A DNA stretch of 64,000 nt from Tequatrovirus LF73P3: sequence record OZ035756.1. One strand, given 5' to 3'. Below, one piece after another: positions 27,867 to 37,940 of this stretch. The notes beneath the pieces were generated by a model. That model searched no databases and was not told the DNA's origin. It worked only from the letters and a program-made list of their open reading frames with translations. The first letter of the stretch is position 1. Every line of letters begins with the position of its first letter. The translations under genes and the position numbers were made by a program.

Positions 27867-28317
27867 AATCCACCACTATTAAATCAATATCAGGAGTAAA
27901 CATGTCGATTAATTTAGAAACCTTATCCCAATCGCCGCCAGCAATACCGCAACCTATACGTGGAATGTAAATTACTGGTTTAAACAAAAGGGTTTCTGCC
28001 TGTAGATTTAATTCTATCATGCAGTTTACTAAAGCACCATAATCAAGATTAGGACCCGGTTCGTATTGTGTATACAGGTTATAGCATATACCAAATCCCG
28101 TAGGACTATGTTTAAAAACAATAGACATATCGCCTAATTTATCACGAGAACCGTACTCGGTAGTGGTTTTATCTATTTCTAAAATTTTGGGATAGGCTCT
28201 TGCTAATTGACCCGCTACGCCAGAGCCCATTGTGTGGAAGCAATTGCACCCGTGCGCAATAATATTACCTTGAAGAAATAGGGCGACAATATCGCCCTTG
28301 ATATATTTTACAATCAT
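27838..28317 (-). CDS. macro-domain protein (putative ADP-ribose binding/hydrolase)
   Basis: 159 aa; GDIVALFLQGNIIAHGCNCFHTMGSGVAGQLA and IYIPRIGCGIAGGDW match macro-domain glycine-rich motifs. Confidence 0.55.
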   Translation of the reverse strand: MIVKYIKGDIVALFLQGNIIAHGCNCFHTMGSGVAGQLARAYPKILEIDKTTTEYGSRDKLGDMSIVFKHSPTGFGICYNLYTQYEPGPNLDYGALVNCMIELNLQAETLLFKPVIYIPRIGCGIAGGDWDKVSKLIDMFTPDIDLIVVDYESTLPASV

Positions 28318-28661
28318 CTAGTACTCAATCCTCGATTATAAGAATCTACTAAACGGTCAACCATTGAATGACAAGCGGCTTTATCTTTCTCCTCCGCAAC
28401 TGAACATTCTAAGGTATTCCACTTTTTAGCATATCGTTTTAACAATGTATCATTTTTGTATCTGCTTGATTTATCTCTTTCTCCGTCTTTATATGCATAT
28501 ATTAATTTCTGCGCAAATTCAGCTTGGCATGCTTTATTTTTCCCACAATAATCCGCGGCAGTACGGTTTACATACTCTCTAATTTCAGTATATGATGTAT
28601 CTGCTAACGCAGAAGCAGAAAATGAAATTAATCCTATACATAAAACCAAAATTTTAGTCAT
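28314..28661 (-). CDS. secreted Cys-containing protein (position of T4 vs)
   Basis: 115 aa; N-terminal signal peptide MTKILVLCIGLISFSASALA. Confidence 0.5.
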   Translation of the reverse strand: MTKILVLCIGLISFSASALADTSYTEIREYVNRTAADYCGKNKACQAEFAQKLIYAYKDGERDKSSRYKNDTLLKRYAKKWNTLECSVAEEKDKAACHSMVDRLVDSYNRGLSTR

Positions 28662-29199
28662 TTACTATTTCCAAAAGTTTATTATTTTTAAGGTAATTAG
28701 CCTTTTCTAGGACTTCAGAAGCATATTTAGAACCTGCTTTAACATTCCATCCCGAATTATAAGAGGATATCGCCTTTCTTATATCGCCCTTATGTATATT
28801 TAACCAATAAGAAAGTTCAATGTACGCCCAGGAAGCTGAATTGGACCGTTTATTCAACATTCTTTTTATTTCAGCATCGGTCATATTATAACCAAGTTCC
28901 TTAACTCTTGCTCGCATAGTAGGCAAATAATTTTGGAACATTCCATAGGCATGATGCTTTGGTTTAGATTTTAAATTAACTCCGGCAGAGCTTTCTTGCC
29001 ATAAAATAGCAGCCATTATATGACCCAATCCGCTCTTGTGGATATTTTTGTGTGTTTTATATTTTCCATCCTTAGAAAATTGTTCCCCGAATTGATACGC
29101 GTAACGCATGTTATCGAGTTGGACATTACTGAAAGTATGCTCGGAGCTATGTGCCATCATTGAAATGGCCAATAGACCAGCGAGTAGTGCTTTTCTCAT
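28654..29199 (-). CDS. periplasmic lytic-transglycosylase-like protein
   Basis: 181 aa; signal peptide, ...ILWQESSAGV...AYGMFQ... SLT-like ES/GxxQ motifs. Confidence 0.55.
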   Translation of the reverse strand: MRKALLAGLLAISMMAHSSEHTFSNVQLDNMRYAYQFGEQFSKDGKYKTHKNIHKSGLGHIMAAILWQESSAGVNLKSKPKHHAYGMFQNYLPTMRARVKELGYNMTDAEIKRMLNKRSNSASWAYIELSYWLNIHKGDIRKAISSYNSGWNVKAGSKYASEVLEKANYLKNNKLLEIVND

Positions 29200-29206
29200 G
29201 CTTACC

Positions 29207-29668
29207 TCATTGAGTTTTAATTACTGCTTTAGAAGCCTTTCCTGGTAAACGACGGCTGTTGATAATTGCCATTCTACACTGAAGTGACGGGTCTTTGAAC
29301 TTCGCATTAGGTTTACAAACTGTAAATCCAAGCCAAAGATTTCCATCTGTGATTTCTAAACGCCCAGGACGATATTCAACCCCATCAATAAAATCTTCGT
29401 CAATATCAGGGCGTGGAGGCATACTCAGGAATTCATTAACTTCTAAAACATGGTCTTTTATTTTGTGGAATAATTCAAAAACATATGTCTCATCAATCTC
29501 CCGTTGAATTGCACGATCAAGAAGATGCTGAGAATATTTTAGATGAAACGATGAGACCCCTGCTGCTTTTGATGCCTCACGAATCTCATTGTTAATTTGA
29601 CGAAACTCCGACTCAAAGTGACGACGAAGCTTATTTCGACGGATAAAAACTTCTGTGTTGATAGTCAT
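29207..29668 (-). CDS. regB: site-specific endoribonuclease RegB
   Basis: 153 aa, MTINTEVFIRRNKLRRHFESEFRQINNEIREASKA..., matches T4 RegB. Confidence 0.9.
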   Translation of the reverse strand: MTINTEVFIRRNKLRRHFESEFRQINNEIREASKAAGVSSFHLKYSQHLLDRAIQREIDETYVFELFHKIKDHVLEVNEFLSMPPRPDIDEDFIDGVEYRPGRLEITDGNLWLGFTVCKPNAKFKDPSLQCRMAIINSRRLPGKASKAVIKTQ

Positions 29669-29695
29669 GTTATTCTCCTCTTAACTGATAGAAAA

Positions 29696-29726
29696 ATTAT
29701 ACCACAGTCAAGAGGAAAAGTAAACA
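29696..29726 (-). promoter_or_regulatory. early sigma70-type promoter upstream of regB
   Basis: Minus strand GTTTAC + 18 nt ending TGTGG + TATAAT. Confidence 0.55.
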
Positions 29727-29727
29727 A

Positions 29728-30048
29728 TTATTCTTTAAATCTAATCAATTTATTCATAGACTTTGAAACTTCTGCACGGACCTCATGTAGGTTTTTGAGC
29801 TGTTCAAGACGCTGCTCATAGTAAGCAATTTCATCTTCTTCGAGACAGTCCTGTGAATCTTCTTTAAGATAACTTGCATAGTCCTGGAAAGCTTTACGGA
29901 CTACTTCTTGGAAGTCATCAAGACTTTGAATTTTCTTAGGAGCAACAGATACACGACGAGGGGCAGTATAATACTCATAACCAAACCCTGCGCTTAATTG
30001 AGCCATTAATATTTTTCCTCTGGTTGGAACACAGCACGACAAGCCCAC
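29728..30048 (-). CDS. hypothetical protein (vs.3 position)
   Basis: 106 aa ORF. Confidence 0.5.
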   Translation of the reverse strand: MGLSCCVPTRGKILMAQLSAGFGYEYYTAPRRVSVAPKKIQSLDDFQEVVRKAFQDYASYLKEDSQDCLEEDEIAYYEQRLEQLKNLHEVRAEVSKSMNKLIRFKE

Positions 30049-30272
30049 ATACTGGCTTCTTTGAGTTTCGTTTTAGCAATAGTTAACTGATCGAGACTTT
30101 CAGCATAATTCTTCGCGAATTCACAGTCTTCACAATTATCTAGCGCTTCCCAGAACTCATCATATAAAGCATCAAAGATAAGTCCTAAACGAACTTCAGC
30201 ATCTTTGATAGCATTCACTTTACTGATTTTATCGTCAGTATGTGGCTTATAACCTTTAATGTCTTCAATCAT
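30006..30272 (-). CDS. hypothetical acidic helical protein (vs.4 position; Acb2-like candidate)
   Basis: 88 aa; positional equivalence to T4 vs.4 only. Confidence 0.4.
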   Translation of the reverse strand: MIEDIKGYKPHTDDKISKVNAIKDAEVRLGLIFDALYDEFWEALDNCEDCEFAKNYAESLDQLTIAKTKLKEASMWACRAVFQPEEKY

Positions 30273-30486
30273 ATTTTACTTCCTCACCTGTTTCCAAATC
30301 ATATTCAACTAAACGAATAGGTTCATGAATGCCATATCCTTGAACAGAAATTTCTGTCGTAGGATAAATTCCATTAATATCACCCATGTTCCACGCTTCA
30401 TTAAATTGCTGTTCGCCTGAATTACTAAACCACTCGGCGAAAGCATTTAGCACATCTTCAGAACCTTCAATAATTATCTTTGCCAT
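30265..30486 (-). CDS. hypothetical acidic protein
   Basis: 73 aa ORF. Confidence 0.45.
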   Translation of the reverse strand: MAKIIIEGSEDVLNAFAEWFSNSGEQQFNEAWNMGDINGIYPTTEISVQGYGIHEPIRLVEYDLETGEEVKYD

Positions 30487-30848
30487 TACAAACTCTCGGT
30501 AAAGGTACGAGCGATAACGTCGCGCTGCTGTTCCGGAGTCAGAGAGTTAAAGCGAACTGCATAACCGGATACACGGATGGTCAGCTGCGGATATTTTTCC
30601 GGATGCTTAACTGCATCTTCCAGAGTTTCGCGACGCAGAACGTTAACGTTCAGGTGTTGACCACCCTCGATTTTAACTGTAGGTTGTGTTTCAATTTCAA
30701 TTTCACGGGCATGCAAACCATAGAAAATTTCTGGGTCTACAAAAGAGTCCTCTTTAAAAGTTTTAGAGACAATAATTCGTGCTTGAATACCATCTTCAAA
30801 ATAAATAGTACCTTTATGCGTGCCTTCAAGAATTTGATATGCTTTCAT
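30486..30848 (-). CDS. autonomous glycyl-radical cofactor (GrcA/YfiD-like; T4 Y06I-type)
   Basis: 120 aa; C-terminal [59 protein letters not shown] as in E. coli GrcA; locally GC-rich. Confidence 0.85.
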   Translation of the reverse strand: MKAYQILEGTHKGTIYFEDGIQARIIVSKTFKEDSFVDPEIFYGLHAREIEIETQPTVKIEGGQHLNVNVLRRETLEDAVKHPEKYPQLTIRVSGYAVRFNSLTPEQQRDVIARTFTESL

Positions 30849-30854
30849 ATAACC

Positions 30855-31184
30855 TCAATTAGAAAATAAATTTATCCAAGATTGTTCTTTAATTAAAAAT
30901 GGCTCAGAATCATATGCCATTAAACTTTGGGTGATTAGTCCTTTAAAAGGTCCATCAATAAATTCCATGGTAAAATATGGAATTTTATTCATTAATCTTG
31001 CATTAGGAGCAGTGCACAAAACTCTGCATCCTTTGAATACACCTTTTTGTAATTTGTATTGCTTAGGATAAAATTCGCTCAAGACGTTGTTATTTGCCAA
31101 AATTTCAAAATGATTCACCAATTTATTTTTAACAGTTTTTGGCGAAAAATAAAGATATTCGAAAAGTTGCGTGTCTGTCATCAT
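30855..31184 (-). CDS. hypothetical protein (start moved to internal Met)
   Basis: Track ORF 30855-31235; MMTDTQLFEYLYF start gives ATGA overlap with upstream gene. Confidence 0.45.
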   Translation of the reverse strand: MMTDTQLFEYLYFSPKTVKNKLVNHFEILANNNVLSEFYPKQYKLQKGVFKGCRVLCTAPNARLMNKIPYFTMEFIDGPFKGLITQSLMAYDSEPFLIKEQSWINLFSN

Positions 31185-31771
31185 TGCATTCCGATTATGA
31201 AAAACTGTGGACGAGTAATACCACCAATGCAGCATTTACTATTGCAACAGTGGTGCACAGTTTCAATATGAATATCGTAAATTTTATCCATATCAGGAGA
31301 TTTAACAGGCTCATCAATTATATACAAAATTCGTGAAAGCGATAAACCTCTGAACTTGCTACCTCTATTTCCAACAAAACTACGGACAGAATCAGTAAAT
31401 AAACGGAATCGAATATCATCACTAGAATAACGAGAAAATTCTTTTTTAATGTGTCCCGCAGAAATTTTAGCGTAAGCTGAAGTATTAGAAAGAACAATAA
31501 CTGTTCCACCGTCATACAACCAATTAGCGGCAAAATTAGTTACTGCAGCTGATTTACCGGATTGTCTGCCACCATCTAAACGAAGTGTACAATATTCTTT
31601 AAATAAATGCGACGAATCAGGTACATAAAATCCACTATTACAAATTTCTTCTACTCTAGCATCAGAATGGTGTGTAAAAGCATTCATCAGGGATAGATAA
31701 GGACCAGTTAAAAATGTTCTCATTTTATTCTCTCTAAATTTGGGCCATTCCATGGCGCATGAATTGTCCAT
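31181..31771 (-). CDS. P-loop containing protein
   Basis: 196 aa; Walker A-like GGRQSGKSAA. Confidence 0.5.
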   Translation of the reverse strand: MDNSCAMEWPKFRENKMRTFLTGPYLSLMNAFTHHSDARVEEICNSGFYVPDSSHLFKEYCTLRLDGGRQSGKSAAVTNFAANWLYDGGTVIVLSNTSAYAKISAGHIKKEFSRYSSDDIRFRLFTDSVRSFVGNRGSKFRGLSLSRILYIIDEPVKSPDMDKIYDIHIETVHHCCNSKCCIGGITRPQFFIIGMQ

Positions 31772-31900
31772 TTCTGTATTTACCCATTACCGCACTTGGG
31801 CTCGACCTTATTACAGGTTGGCGGGAATCCCTCATAGAATCATGAGGTCCAGCTTGTTCCCATGTTATTTGAATGTAAATAGGCCTAAGTATCGGACTTA

Positions 31901-32479
31901 TTAATTACCACGGGCTGCATTAGCAACGGCGTAAGCATACTGAACATTAGCGTCTTTAAACGTACCTTTAGAGGTATCTATTTCTGCCTTAAAGCCGCCT
32001 TTAGCCATAACATCAGCAAATTCTTTACGGAAAGCCATTGCATCAAGACCTTTCCATGATGATTTATGCTTGGCAAATTCAAGACCGGCGAAGTTGACAG
32101 CCTTAGCCAATTTATTGTCAATAACCCATTTACCAGCTTTAGGCACAAACACCGGGCCTTTCTGCTTAGAGAATAGTTTTAAATTCCAGCGACGAAGGTC
32201 ACTGTCAGCTTTAACAAAAGCTGCGTCCAAGTTACTAGCAACAACATCTTGAATATGGCCAAATTTAAGCCCATCAACTTCAATATTTAGATCGGTACGC
32301 CAGCGAAGTCCTTCCCAAGCGAAGGCTTTAAAATCAGAAGCTTTTGTGGCTAGATATCGTTCAAGTGGAGCAGTTTTAGGGTCAAAGCCGTTTCCGCCAC
32401 GATAAGTCCACTCGTCCTTATTAATGCCTTGAGCTTTTCCTGCAAAGGCCTCGGCGATAAATTCTTTATACGTTTTCAT
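31901..32479 (-). CDS. ipIII: internal head protein IPIII
   Basis: 192 aa; N-terminal capsid targeting sequence MKTYKEFIAEA, basic Ala/Lys-rich body. Confidence 0.8.
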   Translation of the reverse strand: MKTYKEFIAEAFAGKAQGINKDEWTYRGGNGFDPKTAPLERYLATKASDFKAFAWEGLRWRTDLNIEVDGLKFGHIQDVVASNLDAAFVKADSDLRRWNLKLFSKQKGPVFVPKAGKWVIDNKLAKAVNFAGLEFAKHKSSWKGLDAMAFRKEFADVMAKGGFKAEIDTSKGTFKDANVQYAYAVANAARGN

Positions 32480-32506
32480 GTGTTTCCTTGTTTGTTTTGA
32501 TAGAGT

Positions 32507-32540
32507 AATTATACCATATTAATACTTAAGCGTAAACTGT
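32507..32540 (-). promoter_or_regulatory. early sigma70-type promoter upstream of ipIII
   Basis: Minus strand GTTTAC + spacer + TGGTATAAT. Confidence 0.5.
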
Positions 32541-32867
32541 TTAAGCTTTACCGCCAGAAATAATTCCGAAGTTGTTAAAATCGTATCCAATATCGTCAAC
32601 ATCTACTTTAGGGCTTGCTACAACATAAGCAATTTCACTACGTTTTGCATAGGTGTTTATTTCTTTACCATTGCCGCCTAAGAAAGAATACCCATTACGT
32701 TTTAATGAGCCAAAATCTTCGGCATCACCAATGAAAGCTTTAACTTTAAATTTGGGGGCCTTTGGCATCTGCTTCAGCGATAAATTCTTGATACATTTTA
32801 ATTTTTCCTTAGTAAATTGATTTACCATAGTATTTGTACCAAGTAGGACGTTGAGCAATTTTTTCAT
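32541..32867 (-). CDS. hypothetical protein (start uncertain; overlaps denV end)
   Basis: 108 aa track ORF; internal Met starts at 32828 or 32768 more likely. Confidence 0.35.
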   Translation of the reverse strand: MKKLLNVLLGTNTMVNQFTKEKLKCIKNLSLKQMPKAPKFKVKAFIGDAEDFGSLKRNGYSFLGGNGKEINTYAKRSEIAYVVASPKVDVDDIGYDFNNFGIISGGKA

Positions 32868-33222
32868 CTAAGCGTGCTTGACTTATCGCAATGGACGCTT
32901 CGTCCGGGACATAATTATTACGAAATTCGGCAGGGATGTCGGAAATATCCTGGACAGTCGTGTCCTTGATTTTGAAACCACGTTTCAAGCATTCAGCGAT
33001 TAGCTCGATTTGACGTAAACGTAAAAATTCGAGCTTGTCGTAAAAGAATGTTACGTGACCTGTGCCTAATATAAATGTTGGAGAGATTTTAAAATCCTTT
33101 ACACATTTACCGTTTTGAACATGTTTACGGACTGCACCAAATACGCGTGGTAATTCACGATACTCTGCCATAAGATGTTGGTCGGTCAGTTCAGAAACAA
33201 GTGTTAAATTGATACGGGTCAT
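32809..33222 (-). CDS. denV: endonuclease V (pyrimidine dimer DNA glycosylase)
   Basis: [12 protein letters not shown]...[19 protein letters not shown]...[10 protein letters not shown]; start at Met5 of track ORF; matches T4 DenV. Confidence 0.9.
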   Translation of the reverse strand: MTRINLTLVSELTDQHLMAEYRELPRVFGAVRKHVQNGKCVKDFKISPTFILGTGHVTFFYDKLEFLRLRQIELIAECLKRGFKIKDTTVQDISDIPAEFRNNYVPDEASIAISQARLDEKIAQRPTWYKYYGKSIY

Positions 33223-33246
33223 AATTTCCTCCAAGTAGTTGATGAA

Positions 33247-33280
33247 TGTATAGTATCAAAACCCTTGGAGGAAGTAAACA

Positions 33281-33281
<1 letters not shown>
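33247..33281 (-). promoter_or_regulatory. early sigma70-type promoter upstream of denV
   Basis: Minus strand GTTTAC...TGATACTATACATTC. Confidence 0.45.
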
Positions 33282-34083
<802 letters not shown>

Positions 34084-34539
34084 TTAAAAGAGGTTGTTCA
34101 TTATTCGGTAAAGTGAAGGACCCATCACATATTGCCACTGAGTACGAGGAATAAGAGCAAAAGCATCCATCTCTGGAATCATAACGCCATCTTTATTTTC
34201 AAAATAAGACTCGCAGCGGCAATTTCTAAACATCTCATGCTCTACTGGAACCGTATAATAAAATAACTGTAAGTCTTTATTACTAGAATATTTAAATACA
34301 CCTAGGTCTTCTAGAAGGTCTGGATTATAATTGCTAAAGCCAGTCTCTTCTAAGCATTCTCTTCGTGCTGCGTCTAGTGCGCTTAAATCAGAATTTTCTA
34401 TACGGCCCTTTGGAATATCCCAGCGATGTGCCATCATTCCAGGTTTACGAGAACCGGTAACTCGTCCCATAAATAAATCTTTATCTTCTGTCATAAAGAT
34501 AATACCAGCTGATAATGTTTTCATTTTAATTTCCTGCAT
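34084..34539 (-). CDS. nudE: Nudix hydrolase NudE
   Basis: 151 aa; Nudix box GRIENSDLSALDAARRECLEETGF. Confidence 0.8.
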   Translation of the reverse strand: MQEIKMKTLSAGIIFMTEDKDLFMGRVTGSRKPGMMAHRWDIPKGRIENSDLSALDAARRECLEETGFSNYNPDLLEDLGVFKYSSNKDLQLFYYTVPVEHEMFRNCRCESYFENKDGVMIPEMDAFALIPRTQWQYVMGPSLYRIMNNLF

Positions 34540-35009
34540 TCAGTGATAAAATTATTTAAATTTTGAGCATATTTCTTTTCATCAAAAATCTTTTGTTGTC
34601 TGCGCATCCGCCATGGCATTTCAATGAACATGTACCATATTCCTGATAATATTGATGCTGTAAAAATATTAACAAGTATGGTTAAAAGAATCCAATCTCC
34701 TATTCTGTCCATTGGATTTTTTATAAAAAAGTAAAATACGAATGATGACACAGGAAGACTAATGATATACCACAGAATCATAATCTTATCTGTGAACCAT
34801 TCAGCATTCGTTAACTTAGCACGACCATTATGAATACACACGAATTTATCATCTGTTACAGTAGATGGCTTAACTGCTTGATATCCCATTCTAAACTCCC
34901 TAATTAATCGTTTCTTTGTATCTTCAGAACAGCCGCTCCAGTCAACTCTATCAACTGAAATGCCATCGTCCCCATCATCTAAATCATACCAGCGAGTTTT
35001 TAAAATCAT
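34521..35009 (-). CDS. membrane protein, member of triplicated paralog array
   Basis: 162 aa; TM segments; C-terminal NNFITECRKLK. Confidence 0.5.
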   Translation of the reverse strand: MILKTRWYDLDDGDDGISVDRVDWSGCSEDTKKRLIREFRMGYQAVKPSTVTDDKFVCIHNGRAKLTNAEWFTDKIMILWYIISLPVSSFVFYFFIKNPMDRIGDWILLTILVNIFTASILSGIWYMFIEMPWRMRRQQKIFDEKKYAQNLNNFITECRKLK

Positions 35010-35380
35010 TTAATTTTCCTACAATCACTCACAAACTCTTCCATTGATTCTTTTTCAATATAAGACATATAGCTATTATATTCCTTTAATTGTATTTTGT
35101 AATTCTTTTTTCTTTGCCAATTTATTTTAAAATTATCATAATGAAAATATAACATGGTACCAAAGAATGAAAATAATGAAATTGCTATAGTATAATGAAG
35201 TTCACTCCAAACTTCTATTATATCTACTATACCGCTGACGTTACTGCGGATGTTTAAAATAAAACAGTCAATTAACAATCCAATAAAACTACCCGCAAGA
35301 GCTGCAGCCAATGCCACAGCAAAAATTAAAAATGACTCAGAAAAAGAATATTTGACTTTATTTAGTCTTGGCTTTTGCAT
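35006..35380 (-). CDS. membrane protein, member of triplicated paralog array
   Basis: 124 aa; two TM segments; C-terminal EEFVSDCRKIK. Confidence 0.5.
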   Translation of the reverse strand: MQKPRLNKVKYSFSESFLIFAVALAAALAGSFIGLLIDCFILNIRSNVSGIVDIIEVWSELHYTIAISLFSFFGTMLYFHYDNFKINWQRKKNYKIQLKEYNSYMSYIEKESMEEFVSDCRKIK

Positions 35381-35775
35381 CGTGATTCCTTAACAAATTT
35401 CATAATTTCATTAAATTCATACTTAGCAAGTTTAATCTGGTGTTCCTTTTTAATCTTTTTACACTGGGCTTTCCAATCACGTACGCGTTTACGATAATGT
35501 CTTCCTTGATACCAGTATCCTACCCAATTTACGGGTACTAATAAAAGTGGAACTACCAATGGAAGAATTAGCATTAACACAAGTATTTCGCCAGAATCAA
35601 TATCAGTCATAACATCTAAAACACCTCCAATAATCAATAGAATTACAAATGATATAAGTATAACAGGACCTATTAATACATCGGTAGAAATTATCTGGTG
35701 CTTTGATTCATACTTCACAGGTTTACTTGGAAGGTATAGTGATGGCTTTGACATATTCTCTACATTCCTTAACAA
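35362..35775 (-). CDS. membrane protein, member of triplicated paralog array
   Basis: 137 aa; TM segments; C-terminal KAQCKKIKKEH...FVKESRCKSQD. Confidence 0.5.
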   Translation of the reverse strand: MLRNVENMSKPSLYLPSKPVKYESKHQIISTDVLIGPVILISFVILLIIGGVLDVMTDIDSGEILVLMLILPLVVPLLLVPVNWVGYWYQGRHYRKRVRDWKAQCKKIKKEHQIKLAKYEFNEIMKFVKESRCKSQD

Positions 35776-36337
35776 ATTTTTCTAATAATAAATCGCTTTC
35801 AAAATTGGGATTTTCCACGAATTTATCAAAAAGATCATCAACAATAGTTAAGATATTCTTTTTACTAAGAATACGCTTATTTTCATGCTTCGTTTCAGAA
35901 TCAACTATAAGAGTAAAGAAATATTTCTTTCCCTGAAATTTTACCGTAGTATCAATATAAAATAAATTTGACTTTTGTAAATTACGTTTAAACCATGCGT
36001 CACTTAAACTATAAACGCCAAGATAATCATAATCGTCATTTAAATAACAAACTGTCCATTCAGGAGAAATGAAATCAGTAAATTCAACATCAAAATCACA
36101 TGTCAATGAATGAATTGATTCAATACTTTTAATGAGTATTCCAGGACGTATTAAAGACTTTTTACCTCTACAAAATCTTCCAGAAAGACTTTCATCAGTT
36201 TCATATGAAGACCCCCAATAATAATTACGTCCTTCTGCCATACGTTTAAGAGCATTTAGTAATTGGTCTGGAACATCAACCTGTCTTTGGAACTCTTCAA
36301 ACATTGAATTGAAATCACTTTGCATTTTCATTTTCAT
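35723..36337 (-). CDS. hypothetical protein
   Basis: 204 aa ORF. Confidence 0.55.
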   Translation of the reverse strand: MKMKMQSDFNSMFEEFQRQVDVPDQLLNALKRMAEGRNYYWGSSYETDESLSGRFCRGKKSLIRPGILIKSIESIHSLTCDFDVEFTDFISPEWTVCYLNDDYDYLGVYSLSDAWFKRNLQKSNLFYIDTTVKFQGKKYFFTLIVDSETKHENKRILSKKNILTIVDDLFDKFVENPNFESDLLLEKFVKECREYVKAITIPSK

Positions 36338-36357
36338 TCCTATTTACTCCAAGTAAT

Positions 36358-36373
36358 AGGGGCCGAAGCCCCT
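36358..36373 (-). terminator. GC hairpin with UUCG loop
   Basis: aggggccgaagcccct between two genes. Confidence 0.4.
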
Positions 36374-36378
36374 TATCA

Positions 36379-36972
36379 TTATTTCAGAGAATTAATGTAT
36401 TCCTGGACATCGGCAGAGGTAGTTTCAACCCCGGAAATATTACCGTTAAAGGTTTCAACTCGAGCAAGAGTATCTTCAATATCAACCTTAGTCAGCGCTG
36501 CAATTTCAACTACATCATCAGCAGTACTAATTCCAAGGGCATTTGCTGCGCGAGTTTCACGGATATATTCCAATTTAACTGCAAGTTCTTGCCGAGCATC
36601 ATCTAACTCAACTACTTTCTTGGCGATTTCAATTCGCATTTCAGCATAACCATCAGCTTTAGTAGTCAACTGTTCAGCTGTTCGACGATATAGCAAGCCG
36701 AGTTTAGCGTGCATTGTTACATCTTGACCTTCAGAAAGAAGTTTACGAATTTCACGCTCTTTTGATTCGGCCTGTCGATTCTTTTCGATAACAAGTTCAC
36801 GAATACGCTTTTCTTCATTAATAGATTTAACAGAAGCAGTTTTTAGATCTTTAATTTTATCAAGTAGTTTTGCTGCTGCAGCAGTATACTGTTCTTCAAC
36901 AGATAAATTTTTAGCCATAGCAGAACCAAGTTTAGTGCGAATAAACTCAACAATTTTCTTCAGTGTGTTCAT
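36379..36972 (-). CDS. coiled-coil protein, possibly PspA/IM30-like
   Basis: 197 aa, long amphipathic helices; weak resemblance to PspA C-terminal LARxExF motif. Confidence 0.5.
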   Translation of the reverse strand: MNTLKKIVEFIRTKLGSAMAKNLSVEEQYTAAAAKLLDKIKDLKTASVKSINEEKRIRELVIEKNRQAESKEREIRKLLSEGQDVTMHAKLGLLYRRTAEQLTTKADGYAEMRIEIAKKVVELDDARQELAVKLEYIRETRAANALGISTADDVVEIAALTKVDIEDTLARVETFNGNISGVETTSADVQEYINSLK

Positions 36973-37014
36973 AGTATTTCCTTAGGTTGATTAAAAATAA
37001 AATCTGTGGAAGAA

Positions 37015-37560
37015 TTATATCATACTATTTAAGAGATGTAAACTATTTTTAATTTTACAAATTCGTTCAGCTTCTTCAACAGCGGCGGCGATAATGCTTT
37101 TAGCTATAGGAGTATTAATACTAGTAGCTTTTACACTTAACACGATTTCTTTATCTTTACTAGGCCAACCCCACGATTTTTCACCATGAGTGCCTTTAAT
37201 TACAGCAGACACCTCAAGTGAGCATCCATTATCACATGTTTTTACATTAACAACCCAAGGATCACTTTTCTCAACCGGTTTATCAAACGGTTTATCCCAG
37301 TAAATATTAAGAATACGTGGGACATCAAATACAGCAGGACAAATCTTAACTGTAAGACCTTCGCTTTCTAGCCAATTAATAAGAGGGCGTTCATACATGC
37401 GGCGATGTGGGCTTCGGACTCGACAAGCCTTGTGCCCATTGCTTGCGGCTTCACTAAGCTGTTCTAATACCTGCTTTTGCATTATTGATAAGATACCATC
37501 AAAAGATTTTTCGGAAGTTTCATTCAGTTCTGTATAAAGAGACATAACAGTTTTCCTCAA
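37015..37560 (-). CDS. hypothetical protein
   Basis: 181 aa ORF (true start may be MSLYTELNE). Confidence 0.5.
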   Translation of the reverse strand: MRKTVMSLYTELNETSEKSFDGILSIMQKQVLEQLSEAASNGHKACRVRSPHRRMYERPLINWLESEGLTVKICPAVFDVPRILNIYWDKPFDKPVEKSDPWVVNVKTCDNGCSLEVSAVIKGTHGEKSWGWPSKDKEIVLSVKATSINTPIAKSIIAAAVEEAERICKIKNSLHLLNSMI

Positions 37561-37601
37561 GTTATAGGCTCATAATATCTCAATCATGAGCCTATGTAAA
37601 C

Positions 37602-37877
37602 TTATTTCATATTATTGAAATATTCTTCTGCGATTTCGTCGTTATCGTGGTAAACTTTAGAAGACAGTTTAACATAACCTTCTGCCGTGAACATATTAAT
37701 CACAACCTTTACAGTATACCACTGACCGTCTTCATTACCCATTACTGCGTAAGTTTCAAACATCGGATGATCAGGACCGATAACTTTAATATCATTCACT
37801 GTACGACCGAAATCTTCTGAAACACATTTCATAAAGAAGTTGAACAGTTCGCCGTAATTATCCATTTTATTCTCCAA
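37602..37877 (-). CDS. hypothetical acidic protein
   Basis: 91 aa ORF directly after early promoter. Confidence 0.5.
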   Translation of the reverse strand: MENKMDNYGELFNFFMKCVSEDFGRTVNDIKVIGPDHPMFETYAVMGNEDGQWYTVKVVINMFTAEGYVKLSSKVYHDNDEIAEEYFNNMK

Positions 37878-37904
37878 GTTGTTTTCTGTATCAGTAGTTG
37901 ATAG

Positions 37905-37940
37905 TTGTATAGTACCATGGAAGAACAGGGATGTAAACCA
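37905..37940 (-). promoter_or_regulatory. early sigma70-type promoter (conserved core)
   Basis: Minus strand TTTTTCACAAAATGGTTTAC...CATGGTACTATACAACTATCAAC. Confidence 0.5.
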
